Assembly (NCBI GenBank): GCA_964035545.1
Contig: OZ037766.1
Coordinates: forward strand, 10,592,722-10,656,721
Length of the DNA stretch: 64,000 nucleotides
DNA from: Bugula neritina
Taxonomy: Eukaryota > Animalia > Bryozoa
Direction: 5' to 3'
The notes beneath the pieces are model-generated. The model saw nothing but the letters and a program-made list of their open reading frames with translations, was not told where the DNA came from and searched no databases. Below, piece by piece: positions 25,450 through 39,269 of this stretch (positions are counted from its first letter, which is position 1; the number at the start of each line of letters is the position of its first letter). The position numbers and the translations under genes are program-made.

Positions 25450-28400
25450 ATGTGCACCAGGAGTGTAGTTTTAGAAGTAATAGTACTGCTCTACCATATA
25501 TGCTATGCCATGGTAGAGCCTAGTATAAAAGTGCATATATATTCTACACTGTGCAGTTCGGAAAATATCAGCAGTGACTGCAGATCTTTAACATATTCCA
25601 ATGCCACAAGTGTTACATTAGAGGATGCCGTGCAGAAATATGCTGCAAAATCATTGGTTACCATGAAACTGATGCGCTCCATACCAGCTCTACTTATAAT
25701 CCTGTTTTGTGGAGCATGGAGTGACAACATCGGGAGAAAAGTAAGTTATATATTATTATGCGTTTGTTATGTTCCTTTGATTTGTAAAAAAAACTCTTTA
25801 ACCTTTAATTTTTCATTGACAAATTTCTGCTTTGATAATGTGTGCATATAGCTTGATAATTGGGCAACTTTAAAAAACACCTTGTTCCATAGTCTATATC
25901 CAAGTGCATCAACTTTTATTGGGATCTCATACCCATAGTTTTCATCTAGCTCCATTTATATCTTACGAATATGTAGTAAAATAAATTTTCAAATATTATA
26001 CTTGATTATAGCTTATTTTTATAAATCCTACATGAATTAGGACACTTTTGAAGCAACTCTTCAGGCTATTGTATTTGTAAAATATGATGAAACGCATAGC
26101 AATGCATGTGTGTTGGTCAGCAATCTTTTCTGCTGTATTTTGTAGCTGCCGCTGCTCTTTCCTTTCATTGGAATGCTGCTGTCCATATTGCTGTATCTCA
26201 TAAGCTATGCTCCAGTCAAAAGTGTGTTCTCGGTGATACTGGCAGGCAGCTTCCTGTCCGGGCTGTTTGGAGAAGTGGGACTGATACTAATGGCTAGTTA
26301 CAGTTATATAACAGATGTCACAGGTATTGCCACCTAGATTGTTGTATTACCTTGACAATTAACATGACTATTATTTTGTGTTTATACTTTAGTGTTGAAA
26401 CCTGGTCTCGCACCTCCATAACATTATTGACCAGTAAAAGTGACTTCTCTTCATAGTAAAAAGCTATTACACTGATATATGAAGTCTTAACAAGATGGTA
26501 TTGATTTGATTCATTAATATCAAGCATACATGCATGTAGTAATTGACTTTTGTACAGTAACGATTGATTACCGTCAAGATACGCTGTGAACAAGTACGTG
26601 ACTGCCTGCTCAGTCTTCTACCTACATGATTACAATTAGCAAATATTTCCCTAAGTTAATTTCTATGTGCCATATGTAACAACTAGCTAGCAGGTCTGCT
26701 AATTGTATATGGCACCTTCACTTGTTAGGTATTACAATAGTTTGACAAGGAAAACATAACTTTTAAATATATCTCAACTTACATAGCCTAGTTTAACGAT
26801 AAATTATCACCAAACTGACGATTCAAGTAAATTACTTGCACCTTCACTAATTAAAACTGAATGAAATTTGAAAGCTAAACTTTCTTTGTAAATATAAACT
26901 ACTTGTTAGCCCAATGCTGCCTGGTTACTGGATTATATGAGTATTACGTAGTAACATCATTCACAGGTATATTATTCAATCAGTATATTCCTGGCACTAC
27001 TTTTAAACTACTATAATTACCAAGTGCTGAAATATTTTAACCATGTAACTATGAGTATTGTTCGAGTTGTATCGGTGGCAAGCTGTAGTATTTTCAAAGA
27101 TCTGCAGCTGCGTTTCTTAATTACATTTTCTATCTTACACATTTTATCTTCAAATTATTAGATGCTACGTTTTCAAATGGTCAACAAATACAAACTGAGC
27201 AGTTACATACTTTTCAAATGTTGTAACACTCTAAAAGATCTGTTGCGCATTTTTCTGATACAAAATTTCTTCACTGCATGTATAAAAGTTAAAAATATAA
27301 ATGTTTGATCTAATGAAGCTACTAAATACCATATATATATTGGTTTAAGTCAGATTTCTTGAGTGCTTATTGATTTGTATGTATGTAATATTTATGTATA
27401 CATTTATATTCTGTACTTGAAACAGCTGTTATATAATCATTGTAGAGCATACAAACCGGACTAACAGACTTGGAAGATTAATGGCAATGACTTTCTTTGG
27501 ACAGTTCCTTGGTTCTCTCATTGTGGGGATTATGATCAAGATCACTTTAGTTAGGAACATATTTATATTTGCCATGGTCATGAATGCACTATCCATAGTT
27601 GTGATTATCACCTTTCTACAAGACAGTCTTGAGGATAAAACTAAATCAGTTGTAGTGTGTGAGTATACATTAAAGAAATTGTAATATCCTAAGCTCTTTG
27701 ATATTACTAATAACTTTTGGTTTGGGGCATGGGTTGAAATTCTCATGAGAACATGACTTCTTTTTTCTACATTTCTAATCTAGAACACAGGTTTTTCTAA
27801 ATTTCTCCATTACTGCACCTACCTCCCATGTGCTGAATACAGGTATTGATTAAATTATTATATAATTAATGAAAGTTATAAATAATTAAAATTAGCTACT
27901 GAACAAAAAATACAGAATTCCCAATAAATGTGATAGATAAAAATTTCGATGTAGTAGAAGTCGTTATTATATCCAGTCAAAATTTAAATATTTTAGCCAA
28001 TTGTTTTCTCTTGTAAAAAATTGCATTTAATTTGGGAGTTCAGACAATTGAATGTTGGTGATTTTTATGAAAATGTGTTAATTTTAAACCAGTACAAGTT
28101 TCTGCTAAGCGATTTATTTGTTAAGACATGGACTACTATGAAAATTATCTTGTTTCTACTGATCTTGCAAACTGCTATTTTTGTGGTAATCAATATTACC
28201 TGGTATTTTCACAGTCAAGCCAACCTACTTGGTGGAAACTTGGCAGGTGATTGTGAAGCCAAGAGAGCACAAGATGAGGACGTACATCATTTTGATATTG
28301 CTCTGTATAGCTCTGCACCAAGCTTGTCTGTGGGGAGAATATGATATTACTATGCTGTATGTTCGACATAAACCTCTCTGGTGGAATCCCTCCAAATATG

Positions 28401-29243
28401 GATATTATCTAGCTGGCGGATATTTTACATCTGGTAAAATTTTTGCTTTTGGCGTCTGAATTTGTGATATTTTTTTCAAAGTTATACTTAGTTTTTATAC
28501 TATGATTTTTCAGTTATAGATATCTAACTCTACCTTAATTTTGCCTTTTGACAGGTATAGGTACAATCCTACTACTTCCAATTTTATCAGGACATTTTAA
28601 GGTGAATGACCTTTCACTATCTATGGTTGCCATTGCATTCAAAGTAATCCAGCTGACGTGGGCGTCTTTCTCAGTGGAGGACTGGATGGTGTTTCTGGGG
28701 CTGCCTATGATGACCGTGTCTTCTATGTTTGTTCCCGCCATGAAATCGGTTCTTAGCAAACTCATTGCTGAAGATGAGGTAGGCAAGATCTTTGGTTTGG
28801 CTGCATTTGGAGAAACCATCTCTGGTTTACTCGGCGCCGGAATGTTTACTGCGGTCTATGGAGCTTCAGTCCATCTCTGGAAAGGAGTTGCTTTTATCCT
28901 AGAAGCAGTTGTAAGTGTTAGTGTGTTTATTGTACTTCTTTGGATGTCTGGTAACTTTGCTAAACACTATAAAACTCTGCTGACAAACGACATTGGTGAA
29001 ATGAAACCTCCAATAACTGTTCAAGTTGATAACAGCGAAGATATTCAATACAATGAGTCCAATGAAATACCTGATCAATCAAACATCAGTCATGATGAAT
29101 CAGTATCAGGTGATCAACATGGAATACAACCAGGAGAAGTTGTACCTGCACTCAATAGCTCTTCACAAAGTTATAACCAGCTTGAAGATGGTGCGTGCGA
29201 TGCTGAAGATAGACCACAGTTTCAAGGAGCTTATGCTTATTGA
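25450..29243 (+). CDS. SLC46 (proton-coupled folate transporter-like) MFS transporter; exons 25450-25740, 26146-26323, 27446-27658, 28215-28433, 28555-29243
   Basis: GAWSDNIGRK/LPLL (MFS motif A), MASYSYITDVT..RTNRLG, LYVRHKPLWWNPSKYGYY, MKSVLSKLIAEDEVGKIFG; multiple hydrophobic helices and an acidic C-terminal tail. Confidence 0.88.
27674..27826 (+). repeat. Interspersed repeat copy 1 (SINE/MITE-like fragment) in SLC46 intron 3
   Basis: Shares AGAAATTG..CCTAAG.TCTT...TTTTGGTTTGGG...GTTGAAATT...GAGAACAT.ACTT...CTACATTT.TA.TCTAGAACACAGG...TCTCCATTACTGCACCTACCTC with 50595-50737. Confidence 0.85.
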
Positions 29244-29788
29244 GATATTAGAAGATATTGGCAAAGGCAACGCTGTGAACAATGTTATGCATGACTTAGG
29301 ATATGTTACTTAATGTTTATCTCATACGAGAATAAGTCTCACTTCCTTTAGAAATAGAACTGGTATTAAAATTATAGCACCAAATATTTTGGCCCTCACT
29401 GGTGGCAATAAGTGCTTCCAGTGCCTTTATTGTATGTATGTTTATTGTTAGAACACACTTTTATTCTTATGTAGTTTTTCTGTTTTAGTGTGCAAGATTT
29501 ATCTTGTAAATTTTTCATTAAGTATCGTTGTACTCTGGATATTAGCAGGTATTAGTGGCCAGAAGACTGAGCCTGTAATAAATTAATTAAAAACATTTCA
29601 ACAAAAGTGTAATTTGTTTTTATTGCTCCGATAAAAATATTGTTGAAAAAAAACAGCAAAAATAAGTTGTAACAAAATTCAAAAAAGCAAATTCTAATCA
29701 GAAAAATTTGAAGGCGAAAAGTTGTTCAAACAAATTTGGTCAGGAAATTTGGCAAATCTAGCATAACTGCTTGTTTAGTTTATAAACT

Positions 29789-32700
29789 TTAATCCCTTTT
29801 TAAGCTGGGCTTTTTAAATGGTTGACCAGTTAGCCTCTTCCAAAGTAGAATCATCAGTTCAGCAGTGATCACAATCACAAACTCTGGTCTGAGTAGATGA
29901 ATCTTTGGTACTCGCCCTACAAAAGAATGAGTTGTATATTTTAGGCCAACTGCTAACTTGCTTACTTATTTACTGTTATTGCTTTCAAACAAAACATTGC
30001 CAAAAAAACTCCAGCATTTGTACAAAAATGGGCAGCATACATATATTTAACATATAGCAGACAAGTTCAAATATAACTAACTACCTGTCATGATATCAGC
30101 CCACTTCGCCAGAAAAGCATCCCCTTTGCGAGCTACTGCTGCTGTGGCAGCATCAAGAAGTATTGGGAAGTGGTAGAGCAGTTTGCAAATGGCCCATGAC
30201 CTACAAAAATGCAGATATACTGCAGCAACTTTACAAAGCCAATGATAAAAAGCGGGTGTGGAAATCACTAGATTGAACTACACATCTAAAATGCCAAAAG
30301 CCACATTTATCTAAGTATGAAGTATATGCAGTATACTCCTTTATTATTATCATTACCAGTTTAGAGTAAAAAATTCTTCGGTGTTAACTGTAGTAATTTA
30401 AATCTATTCAAAGCTTATTAAATAATGGAAAGGGCAAATTATATAAATTTTCAGTGACACAGTTTCCAGCTGACTTCTGCATTTATAAAACCAAAAACAT
30501 AAATTCAATCAATTTTAAAGATAATCTAACCAGGTGAAGTCATTGCCAAACTTTGCAAGCCATTTGTCCCTGAAGTGCGCCATTACATGTTCCCCATAGT
30601 TTCCTGCTTCAATGGCGTCTTGTAGGAATTTAGAAGCCATTTTCCCAGATTCCATAGCATGATGGATACCTTCTCCTAAACACAGGTACATTAATTGTAT
30701 GATAAAGTTAAAGTTTGAAAAATACAGCAAACGACTTCATGCTACTTTTTACATATCATCACTGGTCTAAAAATTGCCCCAAGACTATCTCTTTAATTTT
30801 AGAACATCTGCAGTTAAATTAAAGCTAAACCTAAATAGTTCCCATGAGTTTGAATTATAATCTGAGTTTCATCGGTTTTTAGGAGCAACCTTAAAGTAAA
30901 TTGATCGAAAAAAAGAAAAGAATATACTAGATAATTAGTGCCTTGGCTTGACTTCTACTCGCTATATAATATTTTCAGTAATTTTCCGGAACTTTTATAT
31001 ATTATAATGCACAAGCTTATGAATAACTAGAGAAGGAAAAACCTACAACCAATAGTATTATTACAAAGCAGTGTAAACCGGTCTAGACTAAACTCTAAAG
31101 TGTAAGCAGCTTACACTGCAAGCAACTTACGCCTCGAGCAGCAATATACCTGTCATAGGGTCAATCATACCGGCAGCATCTCCTATCACAATCACATGAT
31201 CTCCATAGGTATACCTCTCTCCACCGAGTCTCAAACTGGCTGCAACACAACGTGAGTTAGAATGTTGTAACTATAAAGTATACACAGCAGATCAGCATTC
31301 TCAACTCTTCACAAAATTATGAACAAGGATATGTTTCTTTATGCAATAACAATATTATTAACCAAAGTGTAAAAATTGTAAAAGTGTGGTTTCATACAAG
31401 ACCAGTCAAATTCATTACAATTTGAAACAGCTTGTGAAGTTTTATTTTTGAAACTTTAGCTCGATGTTCTTTCTGATTGTATTTTTTCTATTGTAAACTG
31501 TAAATTTAGTAAAAAAGAACTGGTGCTAAGCTTTGTTTATGGGTGAAGAAGTCTAAAACAATTATTTCTTATTCCAAAAGCAAAATATTACCAGCTTTCA
31601 TCCTCTCAATCTTGTCAGTATTTACAAAAGCCTTAGAGATGTTTTCATCTTCCTTCATGAGATAGTTGTGCCAGTAGCTCAGGTCCTTATCCATGTTAAT
31701 CTTAGGGTTCCCCGGAATTAGATACACGCAGTAGTTCAAATCCCCATCAGCATGGCGGAACAAAGCAGAATAACCTACAACAAAGCAAATTTTCCTCTAC
31801 AAGACGTTTACAATTGCACATTCGGTAGGTAACTGAAATAAGCAGCGTTATCTCTGTATATAGTATATGGAGTCAGCTGTGCATTTCAATGTTACTTCAT
31901 GTGTCTACTAAGGCACCTGGGAGAAGATCCCTGTTGTAAAATATCACTCCGTCAGCATCAAACTTGTGGCAGTCTGGAGGAATGTAAGCCCTGGAGCAAG
32001 TGCCATCTGGTGGTCGGGTGACCATGCCCAGCTTAGTGGCCAACCTAGAAGGTGCTCCATCAGCACATACCAGTATCTTGGCAAAACAACACAAAACATC
32101 TAGCTAATTCCATTAGTACAACTGCAGTGATATCAAGCTTAACAAATGACCAACAATTTATTAATCGTTTGTTTCTGCCTTGTTAGGATTATTTTTAATA
32201 TTTATACATACTAATTTATACTATTTAATAAGAAATATTTGGCGTGAAGCTAGAAAATAAATATAACCAAGTAACAAAATATTTTCTTGTTGACTAATGA
32301 GCAATAACATTCACAATAGCTGGTCCCAACTTGCAAATATTTTCATCATTTCTATATTTTATAGTTTATCTTTTTGATTCTAATGACTTAATTTAACATA
32401 AAGAGAAGACTAGAATAATTTCTGTAAGAGAGTAAAAACATCTTTGCACAGATGACAAGCTTATAAAAATATTTTCCTGGTTACAAATGAAGTCAAGCAA
32501 TGACAAAAGAGGCCTCACCTGTAACATATTTAAGTAACCTAAACAATTTTTAAACTCAGAAATGTCACTCAAATAGCCTCTAAAATTGATTGCAGTATTG
32601 GAATAATATTCAATAATTCTTGTAAAAAGAAAGTAACAACATATTAATAAGCATTGCACAAATGGCTAGCTATTTTAAAAACTAATTTATATATGATGCC

Positions 32701-34832
32701 AAACACAGTCAATTGTTGCCTATTAGGTAACAACATAAAAATCAATTCAAAAGACAAAGTAGAGTTGCATACCCTTGCTTTATATGTCTTATCAGACCCT
32801 TCAATTCTAATCGTCCACAGGCCTGTTCCATCATCAAACACGGCATCTTCCACAGAGCTATTTTCTTGAAGATTAGCTCCAGCTCTAAAGGAGAAAATAC
32901 ATTTCTCTTCCAGTAACGTGCAAACATTGCTATCTTTAACAAAAGCATAGCTAATTTTAATCTCAAAAATCATACATCATTTATTGCAAAAAGTTTATAT
33001 TATATACCAAAAATACCACTATTCACAGATAATACATGCATTACTTTAATTCAAATAATTCTGCATTATTATCAATTCTAGTGATTGTTATTTTACTGCC
33101 CAGTGTAGCATATATGCCAAATTTTAGAAAATGAAAGGTTCAACATAAAAAATATTTTTCACTAATGCCCTTTTTGGCCTGACCCTAGCAAGGTGAAAAA
33201 AAGGGGACACATGATTGTCATTAAATGCATATTCTACTTTAGTTTATATATCAACCTTTTTGCTGCCATAGCTATAGCATTATCAAGGTGAATTCGTTTA
33301 CATGCAATTGCTGCTGGTATTTCGCCAAGGTGCTGCTTACTTCTACCAATGTAACTCAAGCCAGAAGGACTGCACATGCCACCACTGTCAGCCTAAGTAC
33401 CAAATTAGCAAGTAAAGAGGAAGATAGTCAGTTAGAACTTATCACACACAAAGCAACTTCTCATATTAACATTGTCAGCAAAAAATTGACAGTTTTACAC
33501 ATCCAATTCGTATAAAGTTACATATTTTAGAAAAAATATTATTAGGTATAAAATTACTGGCTACCCATTATCACAATATGACGGATACTTAAATATTTTT
33601 TATTCCGTACTTAATGCCTAAATGTTCCAAATCTGATGCACTGATTATTAAAAAAAATTCTGCAAAACTATTACTTTTATTGTGAAGCAGCGCAATTAGT
33701 GAGAACAAATTGAAGTTAGCAGAAGAATACTAGAAATAATTTTTTTATTTATAAGTATTATGGCAACTTACAACGCGGGCCTTATTCTGGCTAATTAAAT
33801 CGTCATAAATGCCCATATCCTTGAGAATTTCAATGCCAGTTTTACAGACCGCATCGCCACAATACTTGTCACGCGGAAACTTTTTCTTCTCCAGAAGCAA
33901 ACAGTTTACCCCATCTTTACCTGAGCATTGACATAATTACTTAAGCAAAACACACAACAGGTATGTACATGTATGCAATACATTGAGACTGTTTTGTTAC
34001 AGAAACTCATCACTATTGTTCATTTGAGTCAGTTATGCAGCTAAATTCTAGAAGAAATGATCCCACATAAAATATAATGTCATTGCCTTTGACCAACTCT
34101 TTCAGTTAATGCCAATGTGATACTATCTATATGACTAAGCTTAGGGTTCTAGATGTGCTGAAAGCTCAACATTTACAATAGCCTGCTGTGTATTAAATCC
34201 CAGACTTACCAAGATAATAGCCACAAGTCGCACCAGCAGGCCCTGCTCCAACTATTGCTACATGGTAAAAATCAACTGGCTTCGACTACAAAAGAACAAT
34301 TTTGGTAACGTTTTGACATGGTTTCATTAGTTCTTAAAACAAGTCTGAATATCAAAGCTCAAATAAGATGTTATAACTTAAATCATCATAAAATATTTTG
34401 TCTTCATAAAAAGCTGAAACGACAATAAGCCTAAAAAAACATCGATCCTATTGATAAAGCAATGTTACAATAGGTATAACTACTTGCAACTATCAAAACT
34501 AGAAAAGTTAGGCTAAATTAGTAACTAGTCAACTTAATCCAGCATTTTAGTCTACTCAAGTTTTAATTTAGTAGTTTAAATAAACATTTTAAATGTAACA
34601 CATACTCCTATTGCAATTGATAAAGGATTGTGTACTGCTATAACAACTTTTCACTCACCTTATCTTTATCGCTAGGATACCGGCAGGCATAAGATTTTAA
34701 ATTTCTTTCTGAATTGGTGAGGACAAAAAATCGCAAGTAAATTGCAACTGCGACAGCTATAACTGCTAGTGCAGCTAATATAAACCGTACATGTGGTTGG
34801 GCAACAAAATCAATCAACTCGTGCAAATCCAT
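29789..34832 (-). CDS. Geranylgeranyl-reductase-family FAD-dependent oxidoreductase with N-terminal membrane anchor; exons 34832-34659, 34285-34210, 33920-33772, 33392-33256, 32884-32773, 32076-31917, 31774-31592, 31239-31150, 30675-30531, 30200-30085, 29916-29789
   Basis: VAIVGAGPAG (FAD-binding), LLEKKKFPRDKYCGDAV (GGR-type cysteine motif), LVCADGAPS, IGDAAGMIDPMTGEGIHHAMESG; 11 GT-AG exons join in frame. Confidence 0.9.
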
Positions 34833-36548
34833 GTATAAATGCAATATAAAAAACACAATTCAATTAAAATTATATTATAACTTGTAAGTTATAAGCCCAC
34901 GCTGGGAAAGGTGAAACTGAAACTCCAACTGAGTCAAAATTAAATTGATGAAATCAGGATATCCATGGCTACAAATGAAGTTCTATAAAATTAAATAGAA
35001 TGAAATAACCATAAAAATCCAATTGCTAGAAATCGCTATCGTTTTTATTGTCTAATTTTTGGCAAATTTAGAGTTACTGGTAACAATTTGCCTTTAATTT
35101 AGTTCTACTTCTCACCAAGTTCAAACTTGGGAAACTTGTACATGCTAGCAATAAAGAAGATACTGCAGGCAATTTAGCTTTAGCAAGTAGTAATGCTATT
35201 CAACTAGCAACCTGCTATATATTATTTACCTATTTGCATATAGCTAAACATTGAAGAGGGCGTGTTGAGAAAATTTATTTTTATGCTCGTTTGTTTAAGT
35301 AGATAACTCCAACTACTATTAATGTTTAGCTCGTCTAGCGGATTCTCCAGTTTGAATGCTATATAATTATTATAGTTTATAAAGCAAGGCAAGGCTTCGT
35401 ACAACGTTGAAATCACGTCATTTGCAGTCATAATACATAGTTTTTTACAAATAGTTCTGTTATAGTAATAAAAAGATAATTATAATAAGTTTTAATGATA
35501 GGCAAAAGTGCATCATATTGACTTGCGTTTTATATAACCTGGTTGTACAAAGATTTACCTTCCATTTAAAATCATACTATTATGCACATTGATCTAATAA
35601 TGCCAAGCCATAATATTATTATGTCTATGGGGTTTATTCATGGCATTATTCTAAAATCTTAACCATTGTTGGACAACTCTTTGTAGCGTAAGGCCACATT
35701 TAGATGGTAATTTTATAAAAAGTCAACATCACCTGTAATTTTAAATGCTTAGCATAGATTAACAAATGCCTCCTCACTGAATTTTCAGAAAGTTAGTACT
35801 CGCAGCATGATTTTATGTTCTGCTCACATATAAGAATTTTATTGAGTATATACGAAAAACTGAAGCTTATCTTTGCTCTTTAATCACCCTCATAAAATAG
35901 TAGTTTCTAAGTAACTTTTTGACACAGGTGAATTACTTCAATAGTGTACGCAACCATTTTTTCAGTGCATCTTTTACAGCTGAAAAATTGTAGAATGCTA
36001 CTTTCTCATGTAAATAATATCTAGTTGATTTATTGATACAGTAAAGGCAACAGGCTACTTTACGAATGCGGTTCATTCTACCAGCATATTTCATAAAATT
36101 ATGCTGGGTTAGCTACATTGCTTGATAGGATGGTTAACAAGAATATTGTCAAAGCACTTGTTTTTAGTAATAGTTTGTACAATGTAATATCCTAATGTTA
36201 TGAACAAATAAAAAGATTTTGGTGTTTTAGGATATTAAAGTTTTAATCTAATAAACCCATAACCTACACATAATGAATTATACACAGTAGGTCAACACGG
36301 AATGCTATCTAATAGTATTGATGAGCAACTATCTAGCTTTGATACTTGCTACATGTTTCAACTTATGCTAACAAAACATTTTAGTGTAGCTTCCAAAAGT
36401 TAGTATGCTACTTAATAAATACAAAGCAATTTAAAACATTGTACAATAAATGTAAATTACTAGTTAAAAACAAGGTTGAAAAACATAATGAACGAGATAA
36501 ATATGATTGTGACTAGAACAGAAATAGAGATATTGAAATGAGACCACT

Positions 36549-37985
36549 TTAGCTCAGGTCTAGAAGATCATCAACAGAGGGAGTCTTGGCAGGCTTCTCC
36601 AATAAAGGCTCAGAATTAGATGTGGTCTGAAGGTGAGGATTAGACAAATTAGCCAAATTTGCTGAGCTGAACAAATCTTTCGAGTCCTCAAAAAAGCCTG
36701 AAGCTCCGAGTAGAGGCACATCATCCAAAGCGTACACACTAATAGGTTGTTGTCCATTTCTAGATCCATCGGCATTTGTTTCGACAACATCTTTGAAACC
36801 GACGTTTGCAGTTCTGGCTTCTTCACCATCCAAACCATCATTGATTCGGCCACTTGGATTGTAGTTAAAAGTCTTCTCAAATAGATCCACTTCAATAGGA
36901 AATACTGTGGCAGATTGCATGGCTTCGTAACAATGAGTGTGAAACATGGCTATAGCAGAAACAAACTTTTGCAACTGAATAACAGTATCTTGGACATGCT
37001 TATTGTCCAAAAGCTCTATTTTTACCAAAACATCAGCACGAAGCTTCGCAAATTTTTTTCTCGCTTCTTGACGGCATCTTAGCACGAGTCGATACTCATA
37101 ATTACCCGTTTCCAAACGATAAAGAGGCTCTCTCACTGCCGCATAACTGTATTCTTCATCATCCATTTCTTTGACTTTTAAGCAATAACTCAAATATTCA
37201 AACTTTGCATTCAAATATTTCTTTATAGTGAGTTTTGTGTCTGGCACAGCTTTAGTTAGGTAAGTGTTTAAATCATTGATCATCGGTTTCAGCTTCTTTA
37301 ACGCAACAATAGCATACTTTTCCATGTTTCTATGGGCATTGCCAAACTTGCTAAAAGCGTCACTAGCCCTGGGCAGAGGCTCTCTAACTCCAATACAGCT
37401 AAAGACATCACCAAACTCTTTGTGAACCTGAGACAGGCTGAAGAACGCCTTTAAAACCTCCTTGGAATGGTTTACCAAACCAGTGTACATAGAAGCAATC
37501 CTTTCCAGCTCATTGTGCCGCTTCACTAGCGAATCATTTGTTAGTATAGCTCTGCTCAGCCCAAGAGCATCAGCGGCAGAAGAACTTATGTTCTCTACAA
37601 CTTTGTGCTTTACTTTTTTGAGAATTATATCTAAGGTTTTACCTTGCTTAGGATCAGCATGCAGCTTGTTATAGTTGATAGTAACCGGACCATTCGAAGA
37701 TTGAATTAGCCTTGCAACTTCTGCTTTTGCAAACCCTTTTACTGACTTCCCGTTAACTCCAACTAGCTCATCCCCTGATGCCAGGGAGCCTTCTTTAGCA
37801 GCAGGGGTGTTATCAAACACTTGAACCACATAGAGACAAGGACAGTAGGATGTGCTTCCTCCTCCTATTGAGATGCCGATCATATTCTTATCATTTTTGT
37901 CAAAAGTTGCAGAGCCAGATGTCACTTTCATACCTAAAGTGTCCTCTTCAAAATACTCCTCTTCATCGTATACGTTACGCATCAT
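36549..37985 (-). CDS. PICK1: PRKCA-binding protein PICK1 (PDZ + BAR/arfaptin homology), single coding exon
   Basis: 478-aa ORF: KNMIGISIGGG..YCPCLYVVQVFDNTPA (PDZ with CPC motif), GKTLDIILKKVKH, SADALGLSRAIL-like segment, KFEYLSYCLKVKEMDDEE, GNYEYRLVLRCRQEAR. A 3' splice site at ~38004 implies a 5'UTR intron. Confidence 0.97.
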   Translation of the reverse strand: MMRNVYDEEEYFEEDTLGMKVTSGSATFDKNDKNMIGISIGGGSTSYCPCLYVVQVFDNTPAAKEGSLASGDELVGVNGKSVKGFAKAEVARLIQSSNGPVTINYNKLHADPKQGKTLDIILKKVKHKVVENISSSAADALGLSRAILTNDSLVKRHNELERIASMYTGLVNHSKEVLKAFFSLSQVHKEFGDVFSCIGVREPLPRASDAFSKFGNAHRNMEKYAIVALKKLKPMINDLNTYLTKAVPDTKLTIKKYLNAKFEYLSYCLKVKEMDDEEYSYAAVREPLYRLETGNYEYRLVLRCRQEARKKFAKLRADVLVKIELLDNKHVQDTVIQLQKFVSAIAMFHTHCYEAMQSATVFPIEVDLFEKTFNYNPSGRINDGLDGEEARTANVGFKDVVETNADGSRNGQQPISVYALDDVPLLGASGFFEDSKDLFSSANLANLSNPHLQTTSNSEPLLEKPAKTPSVDDLLDLS

Positions 37986-38679
37986 CTTGTTGTCTTTATA
38001 TGCCTAGAATAAAAGAAAATCATCTCTTGAGAATGGTGAAGACATATTAAAGCATTGTGATTTTCAACAAATCAAAAGAATTTGCACAAATAAATACTAG
38101 CATAAATAGACTTATATCATAAAAATTCTACATTTAATAAATTACATAATTGAAATTATTGATCAGTGGTGTAAATATTTAATCTGAAGTCACCTTTTTA
38201 AGAATTGACCCAGTTTCAAAAAGTTGATCAACTATGTTATAGGTAAATGACATCCAGTTTAAGTATCACTTTAGGTCTACACTTCATGCAGTCTTACAAT
38301 TACACTATGTAAAAAATTCTCCAAATTATGAAATCAGTTGTTTGTCTAGAGCTTTCAGAACTCTGCCTGTAAATGAGAAATACCCATATGTTAGAAAACT
38401 CACACTTAAACTGACTAATTCAGAGGTCGCAGTACAGTCAATTTTCATTGTGTCTTACAACACAAAACAAATATTGCTATAAAAATGCTATATTATTAAC
38501 TTTAAACTTAATATAACTATATAGTAAAACAGTAGCTGTAAACCTGAATACAATATGAATATTTGTGATTCAGATTGTTGCTAGACTAAGACTTGGTTGC
38601 AGAAATAGAGCAGCCAATCACAACGACATTGCTTGCTTGAATAACTGCAGGCATACTGATACATTTTTATTCTAGTTCT

Positions 38680-39260
38680 ACGACTACTATTAATAATTAT
38701 AATTATTTGCACGTATGTCATTGAGAGATTGAATGTGATTGATTCAGATTGTGATCTGATTGAATAAGTAAATATTTATTGATACTATTAAATTTAATAT
38801 TGTAATAATTATAATTATTACTTATACTAATCATTATGATTACCATTATCAGCATCACTTTATCATAAAGTGATTATCATTACGGCTTAGAGTTAGCCGT
38901 TTAGGTTATCGCTATGCCTATGGCTATTGCTTTTAGTACTACAATTACTATTAGCATTACTATAACTATAAGTATAACTATTACTATAAGTATAACTATA
39001 ACTATAAGTACAAGTATTAGTATAACCATCGCCATGACTAAGTTTCAATTACTATTAGCTGCAACTTGAAGTACTTGAACTATTACTATTAGTATTAGTA
39101 TTAATACTATTAGTATTACTATTAGTATTAGTATTACTATAACTATAAGATTAAATAATAAGTATTAGTATAGTCTATAATACTTTAACAGTTATACTAT
39201 AAGTATAAGTTAAGTATAACTATAAGTATAACTTATTAACTATAAGTATAAGTATACCAT
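38680..39260. repeat. Degenerate hexamer-periodic tract (PICK1 5'UTR intron region)
   Basis: ACTATT AGCATT ACTATA ACTATA AGTATA ACTATT ACTATA AGTATA ACTATA ACTATA AGTACA AGTATT AGTATA; consensus A[CG]TAT[AT]. Confidence 0.85.
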
Positions 39261-39269
39261 TTTTCTAAT

